From the NCBI RefSeq assembly GCF_006345805.1, contig NC_042997.1, positions 69,378,001-69,442,000 of the forward strand: 64,000 bases of DNA, in the 5' to 3' direction. This DNA comes from Octopus sinensis (Eukaryota). The translations under genes were made by a program, and so were the position numbers. Shown here in pieces: positions 24,454 through 38,135 of the stretch. Numbering within the stretch: the stretch's first letter is position 1; each line of letters starts with the position of its first letter. Below the pieces are notes generated by a model. That model saw only the letters and a list, made by a program, of their open reading frames with translations, was not told where the DNA came from and searched no databases.

Positions 24454-25162
24454 CTTTAGAGGAAGACAATCTGAAAAGCCACTTAATAAATTCCAGGTAA
24501 CTCAGCATCCTACCCCTGAGTCTCTCCACTTATTCGCTATCTCTGTCTCTGTATCTGTCTGTCTGTCTATCTGCTCGTCTCTCTTTCTCTCTCTCCTTCT
24601 TTCCTCCCTTTTTTTGTGTGAATCTTCGAATAAGACAGTTGGAAAGCAAAGCGTTCGCGTTCAGGTTCAAGTTACTAGCCCATCATTCTAGAGACATGGT
24701 GACTGATTCTCGTGGCTATTGAAGAGGTTGTTATTGAATTTGGACAATATATTCCCCTTTACAATTATTCAATGTCTAAGAATTTTATTTTCTCATAGAA
24801 ATTAATGTTTATTCCCCTAAGTATATATACATGCATAATCGAGTATATATACTTAGTGATTTATTCGTCTCTACTTCAACAAGTAAAAGGAAGTTTGCTT
24901 CGCTGATGAGTTCACAATAATACAAAATTATATCCTGAACAAGCTTACCAGAATTTGTTTCAAAGAAATTATCGGAATATCAGATTGAATTCTATTGATA
25001 TTTGTTAGTTTTAAGATACATTAACATACAAAACTTTCACAGCATATGTATACATAATAATCTAAAACATACATCTATACATACATGCGTGCATAAATAC
25101 ATGCGTATAAAAATCAGAACATGCCTATATGTATCATTATTTGTGTTTCTTCTAATATCCAG

Positions 25163-25367
25163 GCACAAACACTACAATTCTATGCGAAGCGAACGGACGT
25201 TGGTCAATGGTTGATGCTTATTGCTTAACCTTTTGCCTGTCTCCTCTCCCACGTCCTCATGCTCAGTTAATGACTCGCTCTTGCACTCATGGCATCCAAC
25301 AAGCTGGAACTAGATGCAGATTTCGCTGCAAGAAAGGGTTTCATACAGAAGGATTACATACAAAACG
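25163..25367 (+). CDS. PAPPA: Pappalysin-like coding exon 6 in window (CCP2/CCP3)
   Basis: atccag|GC...AAACG|gtaggt, 205 nt, phase 1/2. (G)TNTTILCEANGRWSMVDAYCLTFCLSPLPRPHAQLMTRSCTHGIQQAGTRCRFRCKKGFHTEGLHTK(R). Confidence 0.95.
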
Positions 25368-25619
25368 GTAGGTCATATAGTATTTATTTGTTTATTTATT
25401 TATTCTGTGAAAGTATCTGGAATTTTTTTAAATTCTTATTTATTTACTTTTCTGAGTGAGACAGGTTTTTCACATTAAATTTATGAACAAAGACTGTCAA
25501 TATCCTCACTATCATCATGTCGCCTTAGTCATTCTCGCCCTTCTTCTCTCCCTCCTTCTGATTGTCGTCGTCATCATCAATTTCATCATCAGATGATGAT
25601 TTTTGGTGCATATTACGAC

Positions 25620-26900
25620 GGTCAGCCTACAGTTTTGTTTTTAATATCACTACAATATCTATATGTAATCGTTAGCAGCTACGCCAATGCTCAATTTATT
25701 GACGATCTTCATGGTTGCCTGCTGAAAATCACAGTAACCTGAAGGCATTCCATTTCGTATAAGCTGAGGAATGGTAACACTGTCCGAGAAATACCCAAAC
25801 AAGCATATGATGGACGACTTCAGGCCATAACACTGATCTGTACGTACTAATTTAAAGATTCGCCAAGAGGTTGATTCTTGTCAAGAAGTACAAATATGTG
25901 CGATATCCAGAAGATATATCTCCGGTAGCCTCTACTTCATGTAATACATCGTATAACGTGTCGGCTTTTGATCTTATTTCGGTGAGACATTCATCAATCT
26001 AGATCAGTATAAAACGTCCGTGAAAATTGACCCTTTCAAAACATAACTGCTTTCGGTCCTGCCTCCAGGATCTAGCTCACAACAATGTACAGCGGCCTCT
26101 GTTTAATAGTTGAACTGAATAGTTACTTAGCAGAGCAGTTTATAATATGCGCTCGTTCCGCCCTCGCTTTTGTCTCTCGTGTATCTTTTGAGAGCTACCG
26201 CAAAAATAAGCATTTATGATATCCTTATCAAACTTGGATATAAGATAGCATTGTCTGCCAGCATAAATAGAGGAAGTTACTATCTTAGTGTGAAACACAG
26301 AAAACTAAGATGGACGGCACTATCTGAGGGTGTACCAGGAATTAATGGATCATGAATTATAGCGAGAGTCAAATGACTTTCAAATCACCACTAAGCAAAG
26401 TAAGTCCAACTGGGACAACGTCTTCTGTCATTCGTAGATGGTATTGTTGATATGATTGCAGTCTGTTTCAAACTAGATCTCCAGGTGGATAAAAACTGGA
26501 GAAAGTGTACGGAGATTGTCACCGGAATCACTCGAAATGGGTTCAGAAAAACCGGGTGGGTATTGCTATTGTCTACATTGCTTCGATAGTTTACTATCAC
26601 CAAACCGTCATAACCTGCACCAGGAAGCATCTTACCTGCATTGTATACTCTTTTTCCTTCTCTGGAAAGGATAGATTCCACATATTCGTGTGTCCTGAAC
26701 AAGTGTGGTCACCGTTTCTGCTAATGCGTTTGTTGTTTACCGCAGACTTACAGATTTACAGAGCTCTCTCAGAATGTGATTTCCATAGGCTGTTTAACGA
26801 AAATTTTGCTTCCATTTCTCACCCTGGATAACTGAAAAGTGGATCTTGGCGTTGTTTAAAAGCCTGCCCCATTTCCAATAAAGAAAATATATTTGTCCTG
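25620..26900 (-). pseudogene. Highly degraded non-LTR retrotransposon RT relic (possibly CR1/L2-like)
   Basis: Only broken motif-like peptides such as LKLSTYRSVLWPEVVHHMLVW; many stop codons. Confidence 0.3.
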
Positions 26901-27404
26901 AGATTTTTTTCGCCGTATATTGGATTTGTCTTTTTTAAACACTTTCTACTGTTTTGCCCTTATCTGAATTTCTTCATAAAATGCTTTTAGCTTTAAGCTT
27001 GTACTTTATTATATGAAGAGAACAGTTTTATTTTCATGTTACGAAAATAATGATGAAACCATAGGTAGTGTTTCGTACAAATGATCCGGAAAATCCTTTA
27101 GTTTCTAAGTTCAAATTTTGTTCAGCTTGACTTTGCTTTCTATCTTTCCGAGGGTAAAAAAATAAGTATTGGATCAATGGAAGTCGACTGTAATCATCAG
27201 TAAAATATATGGGCTTGTGATAAAGCAAAGATTCATAGAATCCAATCTGAAGGAAGTCAATTAAAATATTAGTCATATAAGGTTGATTTCAATCGGCTAT
27301 GCCTATCTCCTTAAACGTCTAACAATGTGTTAATGTGAGGAATCATTTCCCTTATAGATCCCTGTATTCTTATTACTTCTTCTTATGAAGGCAGTGAGAT
27401 GAAG

Positions 27405-27610
27405 AATCGTTAGCAGGCTGGACAAAATATTTAACATTATTTCATCCCTCTATACGTTCTGATTTTAATTTATGCTGGGGTCGACTTTGCCTTTAATCTT
27501 TTCGAGATCGATAAAATAAGTACTAGTTAAGCGCTGAAGCTGATGTAGTAGTCAATTCTCCTCCCCGCAATATTTCAGGTATTGTGCCTATAGTAGAAAG
27601 GGCTATTATT
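27405..27610 (+). mobile_element. SINE fragment
   Basis: gtcgactttgccttt...gataaaataagtac...aggtattgtgcctatagtagaaag, homologous to 39082-39295. Confidence 0.6.
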
Positions 27611-28143
27611 ACTTTATAATTAATTTTGTGTTGTGGCAGATCTCATTAAATTCTGGATCATCTCATTAAACTTGGTGTTATGGTGTGGTTTATCTTCAAA
27701 ATGAAAATAGTAGCTGCGAAACTTGGGGAGTGTGACTAAGTAGAACTGTCCCAGAAGGGGAGACAGATGTATTGCACAGATTTCATGCAGCTCATATGCA
27801 ACTAACTGGTTCGTAGGCCTAGAAATAGCAGTAGAAAAGCCGGAAAGAAACAGGGAAAGCAATGCAACTCTCGGCCAGATTGTTGATGAGTCACCGTCTC
27901 TGGCGAAAAAGAAAGAAAAATCACATGACGTCTTATTCGGTACAATCTAAGATTTGTGTAGAAGCAGCGTTGTGGCAGACCTCTTAGCAATTCTCCATTG
28001 CAGCTTTGACAAAATGGTCATGATAGAGGACGAATCCAGAAAGCCAAATTTTATTCCAAATGTAATGTATTTTGTCCATATGTTTGCCATATCTCTGGAT
28101 CATCATATAGTTTTTATTTAAAATTTTTAATTATTATTTCCAG

Positions 28144-28309
28144 ACGGAGTTTACACATGACTTGTCGGGAAAATGGACAATGGTCTGGCAGGAGATGTGC
28201 ACGTGTAAAATGTGCTACGATAGCACCAGAATTTACTAGAATGTATAACTGCACGGAACAAAACTATGAAGGCAGCAAATGTACGTTAACATGTCCAGGT
28301 GAGAGAAAA
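28144..28309 (+). CDS. PAPPA: Pappalysin-like coding exon 7 in window (CCP3/CCP4)
   Basis: tttccag|A...AGAAAA|gtgagt, 166 nt, phase 2/0. RSLHMTCRENGQWSGRRCARVKCATIAPEFTRMYNCTEQNYEGSKCTLTCPGERK. The phase-0 donor agrees with the next exon. Confidence 0.93.
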
Positions 28310-28366
28310 GTGAGTATCAAAATTAATGCTTCATTTTCTATAAAATTGTAGAATTATATATACATC

Positions 28367-28438
<72 letters not shown>

Positions 28439-29940
28439 AATGAATGTTTTTATATATAATGAACGTGAAATACAGGAAGGGACGAACACGGAACACAGAC
28501 AAATCATTCGAAGCCTTCAATCTTCAGTCAGACACCGAATCATCATAGCAAATTTCGGCTGTTCAATTCTGATATTTGCTCCAACTCGGCCAGCCCCAAG
28601 AAAAAAAACTAAGCTGTAAGCATTAGATTTCTTGGTAGAAGACAGGAATGTGAACGCACAAGACGGATGTGAATACAAGAGACGAAAACGAAATTGAAAA
28701 CAGTAATGAAAAAACAAAATATATATAACGGTGGTTGTCATACGACTTTAGACCAAATGAGACAAAACAACAACAACATATATATATATATATGCATGTA
28801 TTTATGTATTTCTTCGTAAAAATCAGTAGACCGAAGATGTAGCACATGTGACACTTTTTAAGATCTTCGAGATTAATAGGGTAATGAAGACAGGAACCCT
28901 GATTCACGAGGCAAGATAATCTTGTTTCACTGTTTGCAGCGCGGTATGCACCGCGAAAAGTAACCGAGTGGCAAGGGATTGCCATCAAACAGAAATATAA
29001 ATCAAGTCTAACACATATCTATGAACATATATGTTTGTGTATGTGTGTCTGCATGTGCATGCATATACATATGTACATATGTGTGTGTATACATATGTAT
29101 AGTATGTGTATGTGCGTGGGTATGTGTATATGTATGTGTGTGTGCATGTGTGTATTTATGAGAGTTGATTTTAGCCGTGAGAGTGTGGGATAAAATAGAT
29201 TACGTCATATGTTCTGACTCACTCAGTATGTTCGGAGCTCAAAACACGCTCAGATCAATGTTATGTTTCATCCTTTTGGTGTCGGCAGAAAAAATAATAG
29301 TGAAGTGCTTGTGCGGGCTTCCTTTGCCCGACATCTAACATTCTGGATGTTTCTCTGGACAAAAGTAAGAGGAGATTGCGTGTACGGCTATTCTCAACTA
29401 CACAGAAGGAACCTAAACCAATTAAGTACACATAGTACTCCCTCATGAGCCCAGGTTCTGAGTGATGGCTATGGTAAACTACACACACACACACACGCGC
29501 GCATGCATGCTTTCACTATATGTTTTAAGGCATCATTTTAGCCACGAGTGAGCATAAATGCTCTTGGTTCTCCCAAACTTGACCCAACGAAAATATAAAA
29601 TTGTGAAAGATAGAATGTCGGCGAAAGTAGAGCTCAGACAGTACAAGATAGCGAACCAATAAGCAAATGAACAGCAATAAGCACAGACATATACACCTAG
29701 ATATGTATGTTACTTTATATGTGTGCAAAAGAGTTATGATTGTGTATGTGTATTACTTGGACACACAAACACACACATATCATCATGTGTGAATATATAT
29801 GCATGCTTGTGTGCGGTATGTATTGTTAATATGTATATATTAAAATATTTGATTATGTGTGGAGAGAAAGAGAGAATAGATATACAGATACATCGACAGA
29901 TAGACAGACAGATAGATTTATAGAAATATAGAAAGACAAC

Positions 29941-30448
<508 letters not shown>

Positions 30449-31710
30449 AGACTGAGTTGAAGAGTGGCTCAGTCTCTTAATTAATATCGTAAATAATTTC
30501 TTCGTAAAATTTTGGAATTTAATTTAGTAAACTCTCGTAATCCATTTAGAACTAATTTGTCTGTGTAAGGAAACACAAAAGTACATAAAATAATGCACGC
30601 ATTATGGAAAGTGTATGTGTGTGTATATATAGATGTATGTATGTATGTATGTATGTATGTATGTATGTATGTATGTATGTATGTATGTATGTATGTATGT
30701 GTGTATGTGTATGTTTGTATGTATATGTAGTTATCTTTATATTCGTCTGCATATGTGTGTGTGTGTCTGTGCGTGTGTGTCTGTGCGTGTGTGTATGCAT
30801 GTATGTATTTGCATGCATTTTTTAAACTGCCATAAGTAAATACGCTACCGTTTAGATAGGTGATTATATCAAGCAAGCTGCATCCTGGGTGGGTAGGCGT
30901 TAGGTTTTTGCTGGACCAGAGGCTGACATTACATCCCTCTATAATTACCGTCTGATTAATCAGGTGACATTCGTACCAACATTATAATTAAGATATTATT
31001 TCTTTCCGATTCTCTCAAAACTGTTACATTATAATACCTTAGCAAATAAAACAAAAATAACCACTGATGTCTTAACATTCAGACCACCTAAACTGAAAAG
31101 CTCTCCCAAGAGATACCTTTCATCACGACATAATAAATCCCCTCGTATAAAAGAGTACTTCTAACCGTTATGCTTGACATAGGAAATGCATTATTAGCTC
31201 AAGGCAGCAGACAGAGCAGAAGAGAAGAAAGATAATTAAAAAAAGGGGGTCTAGTTCATTGGGTGCATTGTATAATCTGTATGTTACTGTTGTATAGCCC
31301 TAGGTCTGAATAATCGACCATATTCGTTGCATACATGTAGTCTGTCGAAAGACAAGGCAAGACTCAAAGATCCATTTTCCTAGTTATACTATATCTTCGT
31401 TTAGTTCTCGACCATATTTTATTTTCCCTTGCACTAATAAATTGTATAGAATGCAGTGTGACAGTCTACATGTAATATATATAGTTTTTTTTGGGGGGGG
31501 GGATGTTTGTTTGTGTGTGTGTGTGTGTTTCTGTATGTTTTTCAAATTATAGGCAACGCAACACAGACTTTAAAGAAAGCCTTCACTATAATGACAGGTT
31601 GTTGTTGTTTAGAGAGGGAAATATAAATATTTGTGTGCGTGCGTGTGGGGATATGTGTTAAGAGTGCGGGTTACTAACTCCATGATTCAGAGTTTGATTT
31701 CAGGCAATGA

Positions 31711-31775
<65 letters not shown>

Positions 31776-31869
31776 TAATAATAATAATAATAATAATAAT
31801 AACAGCAACAACAACAACAAGATCGAAAAATACCTTAGGAATGAGAACCCAGGTTCGAAATTTCCCCAA

Positions 31870-31915
31870 GACACCTGATGAAGGCTGGAGGGTATATCAG
31901 CCGAAGCGTTGTGTT
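31870..31915 (+). ncRNA. Minimal type I hammerhead motif with an extra A after A9 (A15.1G substitution)
   Basis: GACAC-CUGAUGA-A-GGCUG..CAGCC-GAAGC-GUU-GUGUU, downstream of an (AAT)n tract. Confidence 0.65.
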
Positions 31916-32079
31916 AACAAAAAACAAGATGAGGACAAATATTCGTCAATTGTAAATAATGGAAATAATGTATGTAATTCCTCATCTCTTAGATATAGAA
32001 CTGTACTACTTTATTATCTCTCCTTCTTCCTAGCTCTTCTGTGTGACCCATGTGTCCGGCATTCTCCAGGTTAGATCGC

Positions 32080-32255
32080 TAGCCCCGAAACCTTTTTCTA
32101 TTTCCTCTCCCTGTTTATTTCTGTGTTCTTTTCTTTCGAAGAGCGTAGGCTCGAAACGTAAAAGACTTTCTCACTTCCTGAGCGTTAAACTAATACATCT
32201 GTTTGTTGTTTACACACCCGTCTTCGTCTTTTGTTTTTTGTAAATTCTCACTATA
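32080..32255 (+). mobile_element. Short 3'-end relic of the same Penelope family as 44652-50174
   Basis: gaagagcgtaggctcgaaacgt...cctgagcg..ctaataca...tcttcgtcttttgtttt matches the reverse complement of the pLTR end. Further relics lie near 22150-22240 and 40325-40425. Confidence 0.75.
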
Positions 32256-32359
32256 AATATACATACATACATACATGTGTGTGTGTGTGTGGTGTGTGTG
32301 TGTGTGTGTGTGCGTGTGTGTGCGCGTGTGTGTGTGCGCGCGTGCGTATATATATATGA

Positions 32360-32876
32360 AGACAATGCATGGAGGTGATTCCCGAACATTTGAAGAAGAT
32401 TATAACATTGAGTAACATTGATACGAAGCGAAACCTCTATTGGTCTCGTGACTACTACATCACATCACAATTCCAAGGCTATGCCTTTGCAATCCAAGGA
32501 GAGGAGATTGTTACTAAATACCTAATCAACAAAAGAGACAGTGAAGCCCCTGGAGTTCCAAGATGCAACCGAAAATGTAGATTATGTCATATTTCTGTGG
32601 AATACATCACGCATGTCATTACCAGCTACCCAAAGATATCAAGATGCTACCTTCCTATGCGATAAGACGTTGTCGCAAAAATAATTCACGATGCCATTCG
32701 CAAATAATTCACGATGACATAAATATCAGCACAAAGAATACTGGTGGATCATTCCCATCAAAACATCTGTCGAGTGTAAGCATAACCTGTCAGATATCGT
32801 TGTTTGGGACAGAAAAAAAAAGCCTGTGCCCTCATAGAGGTCAGTTTGTCCTGCTGATGTGAATATCTCTTTGAAA
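32360..32876 (+). mobile_element. R4/Dong-clade (RLE-type) non-LTR retrotransposon C-terminal fragment, degraded
   Basis: FAIQGEEIVTKY...KCRLCHISVEYITHVI (CCHC knuckle remnant) followed by HNLSDIVVWDRKK...EVSLPADVNIS (PD-D/ExK restriction-like endonuclease remnant). Confidence 0.75.
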
Positions 32877-33295
32877 ATCTCTTTCTCCTCGCTCCTTCCC
32901 TTTCTCACTCTCTCAATTTCTTTATATCTCCCTTTCTTACCCTCCCTCTTTCTCTCTAAACGTGTGAGTGTTATGTATGTGTATGTGTATGTGTGTATTA
33001 TGTATGCATTATGCATGTGTGGAGAGAGAAAGCAGAAAGACAGAGATATACATACGTATACATAATTTGATAGAGCATTAGTCGGAAACTATTCATTCCT
33101 TATAAGTTGCTCTGTTTCATATTTATGCATGAATAATCGATATAACCTTACGTGTGTTTACACCAACCATCCTCGATCTATCTATCTCTATTGCTACCTC
33201 AGTCATATAACTCCCTATCTTTTCGTTCATACGTCCGTATACTCGGATAATAAATTCCAATAACCAAACTCTCCATTCATGCCAATTCTTTGCAG

Positions 33296-33437
33296 ATTCA
33301 GAAGATTAAATGCTTACAAAAAGGTATTTGGAGTTCAAACTTTAAAATGTGCCATTTTCCAAAAACATCCGCGTGTCCATTACCATTGCTACATGACCAT
33401 CGTCTTCGTAAGAAGAATTGTCACAAGCGGTTTGTTG
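33296..33437 (+). CDS. PAPPA: Pappalysin-like coding exon 8 in window (CCP4/CCP5)
   Basis: ctttgcag|ATT...GTTG|gtgagt, 142 nt, phase 0/1. IQKIKCLQKGIWSSNFKMCHFPKTSACPLPLLHDHRLRKKNCHKRFV(G). Confidence 0.92.
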
Positions 33438-34073
33438 GTGAGTTTTCTGCCATTATACTTTTATTTGATTCTTTAATTTACCAGAAACCTACAGTGTACT
33501 TCTGTTACTGTAGGTATTAGAGAAAAGAAAACTGCGTGTTTCTTCCTAACTAATAATCTTTACTCATAGATTATCTTTTCCTTCGCGTGAAATATAGATG
33601 TTCAGGAAAGTCCTACAGATTGGCGACTCATAGAAACCATGTGCATAGTAATATTCGAATATGCTTACATAGCTTTCTTGTATTCCATTTCGTGCGGGAG
33701 GGTGTCTAGGTAAATTTAACTTCAGTTTCAGGGTTCCAGGATTAAAGTTTCAGAATCAATCTGAACCATGCCCATCACCTTGTCCATCTAGTACATAGCG
33801 AGTTACGAAAAAACAATCCTGCCTCTGAAGATTGGCCGATGTCGACTATGCTGTCAGGTTGTGTTAGATTATCTTTTTTTGGTCTAAATTGAATCAATGA
33901 AAGATCTAAATCAAACCCTCTGTTCATAAATTGAATAGCCATTTAAGCAATAATTTAATTATTATTCAAAAGGCTACTAAAAATATTAATTATGTATTGT
34001 GCAGATCTACATAAGCAATTATTAACTATATCTTCTTTGTCCTTGATCTATCTTTGGTTCATGCAATATGATG

Positions 34074-35184
34074 TTTATAGATGTATACATCAGATATGAT
34101 AGTAACAAGTGTGAGGTGAGAACTGGTTCTATAAAATTCAATGGTATCCATGAATTATCTGCCATTACCTCATGCTATGTCCTCGCGGACGCATACCCAA
34201 ATACGCGTGTTTGTGATTAGTTTTCTTTGTGGAACGGGGAACAGTAAAACAAATCAGATCAATAAGTAACGAAAATGCGAGGCTGGAGATGAAAATGTGC
34301 TGCTTTATAGAAATCTGCAGAGAACAGAGGTTACGTCCCGAAGAGTGGACATAATATCAGCATGTTCTTGTGTGTATCGTTGAGGACACTGCTAAATAAG
34401 TGTGACCTTAGATATCTGAAGTTGCATCCTTGGCTAGCTCGCTGTTTGGGATGTTTCATTTTATATCACAACCTTCTTTTTTCCCATGCTTATTTTCTCA
34501 TAATCGACTTGTATGAACTTTTACTGGTTTCTGTAATTCACTCTTTGCTTTGTCTCCTCGACTGCTTCCCTCTTCTCAAATAAAGCTTTTTTTCTTTAGC
34601 ATTATTGTTTTATCATATTATTATTATTTTATTATTTTTCCGTTGTTTAATATAGGATCTACTTGTGAAATTATTTGCAATAGCCAGATGTTTCAACCTG
34701 TTTTACCTAACATGAATGGTACGACTTTCACCAACAAGGACTACAATGTGAAGTTAACGTGCACCGGTATTTTACGTTGGTATCCTAATCCAAGCGATAT
34801 TACATGCAAACAGATATGCCAAGTGGTACGTAAACAACAATTTTATATTATGTAAAAGAACAACCTTCCGCTAGCTACAGTTATTCATCTTCAGTTCTCG
34901 ATAAATTTGTTGATTATTTTAAATAAATCAAACACAATTTTATAGATGTATACATCAGATATGATAGTAACAAGCGTGAGATGAAAACTGGTTCAATAAA
35001 ATTTAATGGCATCCATGAATTATCTGCCATTACCTTACGCTATGTCTTCGCGGACGCATACTCAAATAGGCGTGTTTGTGATTAGCTTTCTTTGTGGGGC
35101 GGGGAAGAGTAAAAGAAATCAGATCAATTATTAACGAAAGATGCGAGGCTGGAGAGGAAAATGCACTGCTTTATAGAAATTTGC
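34074..35184 (+). repeat. About 245-bp direct repeats (34074-34318 and 34939-35184) flanking exon 9
   Basis: The two copies align throughout with scattered substitutions; offset 865 bp. Confidence 0.9.
34656..34825 (+). CDS. PAPPA: Pappalysin-like coding exon 9 in window (CCP5)
   Basis: aatatag|GA...CAAGTG|gtacgt, 170 nt, phase 1/0. (G)STCEIICNSQMFQPVLPNMNGTTFTNKDYNVKLTCTGILRWYPNPSDITCKQICQV matches VVCTAGLKWYPHPALIHCVKGC. Confidence 0.94.
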
Positions 35185-35699
35185 TTCTAACAACACAAAC
35201 TATTGTGCATCTAAAAGCATCTACGGCCTCCTTAGCCTTTTCGTTCAGAGGTTTGATCAATATGCAACCTAAACAACGCAGACTAAGAACATACTGATTC
35301 TATTAATACTAACGTTTAAGAGATGCATGGCAACCTATTCACTTTTAATAACACCTTAAGAAAGGCAAAGCATCAAGGAAATGTGCTTGTAACTCATTCT
35401 TTCTAGTCATGAAGAACACCAAGAAAATTTTCAAAATAGCCACAATTACTTAAGCGTCATTTGAAAACTGCATCACAAGTATTAGATTTACCTCGTGCTA
35501 CGCCTAAAAATCTCAATTAAGATGCACATTGAAGTATTGCACCAATATATATCAAAGGGCGCTAGAAACAACTATCCAGGAGCAACAAAAAAGTTCTTGC
35601 ATTTATTGGTCATGATTGCGATTACCAACACACTCCAAACATTAGCTCATAGATATGTACTTTCTTCTCTCTTTCTCCCTCCCTCTCCCTCGCACTCAC

Positions 35700-35733
<34 letters not shown>

Positions 35734-36988
35734 TCGTTTGTTTTGTTTCATTTAGATGGGGCACTACCTTGAAGGATTTAGGCTATAGTCGAACGAAACT
35801 TATATATTTGCGAGAGGTTTCAACAGTTTCCATTACAAGGTGTTGATGGGCTATTGTAGAAGATACTTATACTTTTACTGGTTTCTGTAATTCACTCTTT
35901 GCTTTGTCTCCTCGACTGCTTCCCTCTTCTCAAATAAGATTGTGATAAGGTTTTAACAGGTGTGAAATGTCTCTGCTAAAACTGAAACTATAACTGATCT
36001 TATTTTGAATCCATGTGTTCGTCTGATGATGTTGGTCTCACCTTCGTTCTTGATTTAAAAATACAATTCAAAAGGGCTGTGCTATGTACAAATTGGCGAT
36101 GACGGAATGATCTGTTGTGTTAGCATGGGTAGCTTTTCAATGAATTCTCTCTCAACCGCTGACGGATGTCCAACTTCAAACCAAAGCCTATCAGTTACTT
36201 CAGTCTGTTTTGATATTCAGATAAATATTCCATTACATGTGAAAACTACTTGAGCTATAGCATAATTTTATGTTCAAATATCAGACAGAAAGTAGTCATA
36301 CTATCCGACCAAGTATTTTTTCAACCTCAAATAAGCAACACGATGGTTATTTTCTTATTGCCCTGTTTTTAGTGTTAGTTCCGCTAATCATGAAATAAAA
36401 AGGCAAAAATTGTTTCATAGTTTTTAACTACTTTAGCAGAATATTACATAACATTTTATCTCGGGTGTAAGCAACGAACGGGGTCGAAATCTATCAAATG
36501 AATAAATGCTTGATTAACAACTTCAAGGTCAGAAATTCCTATATTATCTGCCCCATCTATATGCGTGGTCACACGAAATGAAGGCAATCATATATGTTGT
36601 CTCACATTGTCCTAGAAATGAAAGTCAAATCTCCCTTCAATCATACGTTGCTGTCTAAAACATTGATGAACACTTTGGATATTCTCATTTAGATACAATA
36701 TATCTAAAAGAAAGAATGAGCACGGCCTAGACTCCTTTCATTATAACTTTGTTCTATCCATATGGACCTGGAGTAAGACAATAATAACAATTGTATCAGT
36801 TTGTATTTGAGATACCTAATGTTGGCGTTCCGTACTCAATTTAATAGTGGTCGTAAATGGAATTTTTCTGTCCAAACTGACTTCCTCGAAAGCATATTTT
36901 GATAGAATCTTTAGTATTCTAAATCTATATAATTTGTTACACCTTTTTAATATTTAGTTTTAATAATCCATTTTTAACTATATTTCAG

Positions 36989-37171
36989 AGGGCCTTAAAA
37001 GACGGCTGGTGTGACAGCTCTAACAATCGACCCTTTTGTGCATGGGACCAAGGTGATTGTTGCCCTTCGACGGTAAGAGGAGGCAAAATTCAGTTGGTTT
37101 CACCAACGTGTTCCGAAAAATGTGCTTGTAAAGACCCTAACGCCATCGAGAATAATAATCGATCCAAATAA
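36989..37171 (+). CDS. PAPPA: Pappalysin-like terminal coding exon (C-terminal LNR and stop)
   Basis: tatttcag|AGG...TAA. RALKDGWCDSSNNRPFCAWDQGDCCPSTVRGGKIQLVSPTCSEKCACKDPNAIENNNRSK* matches [25 protein letters not shown]...CACRDP. Confidence 0.96.
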   Translation, partial: RALKDGWCDSSNNRPFCAWDQGDCCPSTVRGGKIQLVSPTCSEKCACKDPNAIENNNRSK

Positions 37172-37460
37172 TTCAGTTGCTGTTCATACTGTTGTTGTAA
37201 TTCTTTTCGTTGTTGTTGTTTGATGATGATGATGATGATGATGATGACGACAACGACGACGACGACGATGATGATTTTGATGAAGCTATTGTTATTCTAT
37301 ATTTGTTGTACCGTTAGTCTGTGAAATTGACTCTGTTAATTTGCTTCACATCTTTCCAATGTCGTTAAAACAAATGTACGAGTCAATCGTCGTGATCAAT
37401 GAAAAGAGTGACCACCCAACACCCAATCAAGTTTGTGGTCGTGTGCCAATGTTAAAAATC

Positions 37461-37466
37461 AATAAA
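37461..37466 (+). promoter_or_regulatory. Candidate polyadenylation signal of the pappalysin gene
   Basis: AATAAA about 290 nt after the stop. Another lies near 37610 and the UTR could be much longer; no transcript evidence. Confidence 0.3.
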
Positions 37467-37719
37467 TATTTTTAAAGAGGATTTAGTTTGGAAGAGTCGT
37501 TAAAGCATCGGACGAAATGCTATGTGATATTTAGTTACGTGCGTATACATTCTCGCTTTCCAATCCTGTCGATATTTATATCACCCTTTATTGTTCTGGG
37601 GATCGACGGAATAAAGAACTAATCAAATATCAGAAACTGATTTCATCAACCATAGGCCTCCTCCTACACGATATGCGAACACGTCCGTGTGCCGAAGTTA
37701 TACATTTTTATCAGTTGTT

Positions 37720-37724
37720 GTTGT

Positions 37725-37771
<47 letters not shown>

Positions 37772-37978
37772 TTACAACTACTACTACTAAGGCGGCGAGC
37801 TGGCATAACCGTTAGCACTCCGGGCAAAACACAGCATTTCGTCCGTCATTACGTTTTGGGTTCAAATTCCACTGAGGCCGGAGTAGTCGATGTAATAGAC
37901 TTACTTCCTTCTCGAAGTTGCTGGCCTTATACCTAAATCTGAAGCCATCATTATTGTTATTACTATTATTATTATTAC

Positions 37979-38009
<31 letters not shown>

Positions 38010-38010
38010 G

Positions 38011-38074
<64 letters not shown>

Positions 38075-38076
38075 GG

Positions 38077-38135
<59 letters not shown>

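Noticed and set aside
28298-28304. Alternative donor CCAG|GTGAGA for exon 7
   Set aside because: It is phase 1, whereas the next exon (33296) starts in phase 0; the donor at 28310 keeps the frame.
33821-33859. CUGAAGA...GUCGAC...GUC-AGG hammerhead-like string
   Set aside because: It lacks GAAA (at least 2 nt missing); at best a dead relic.
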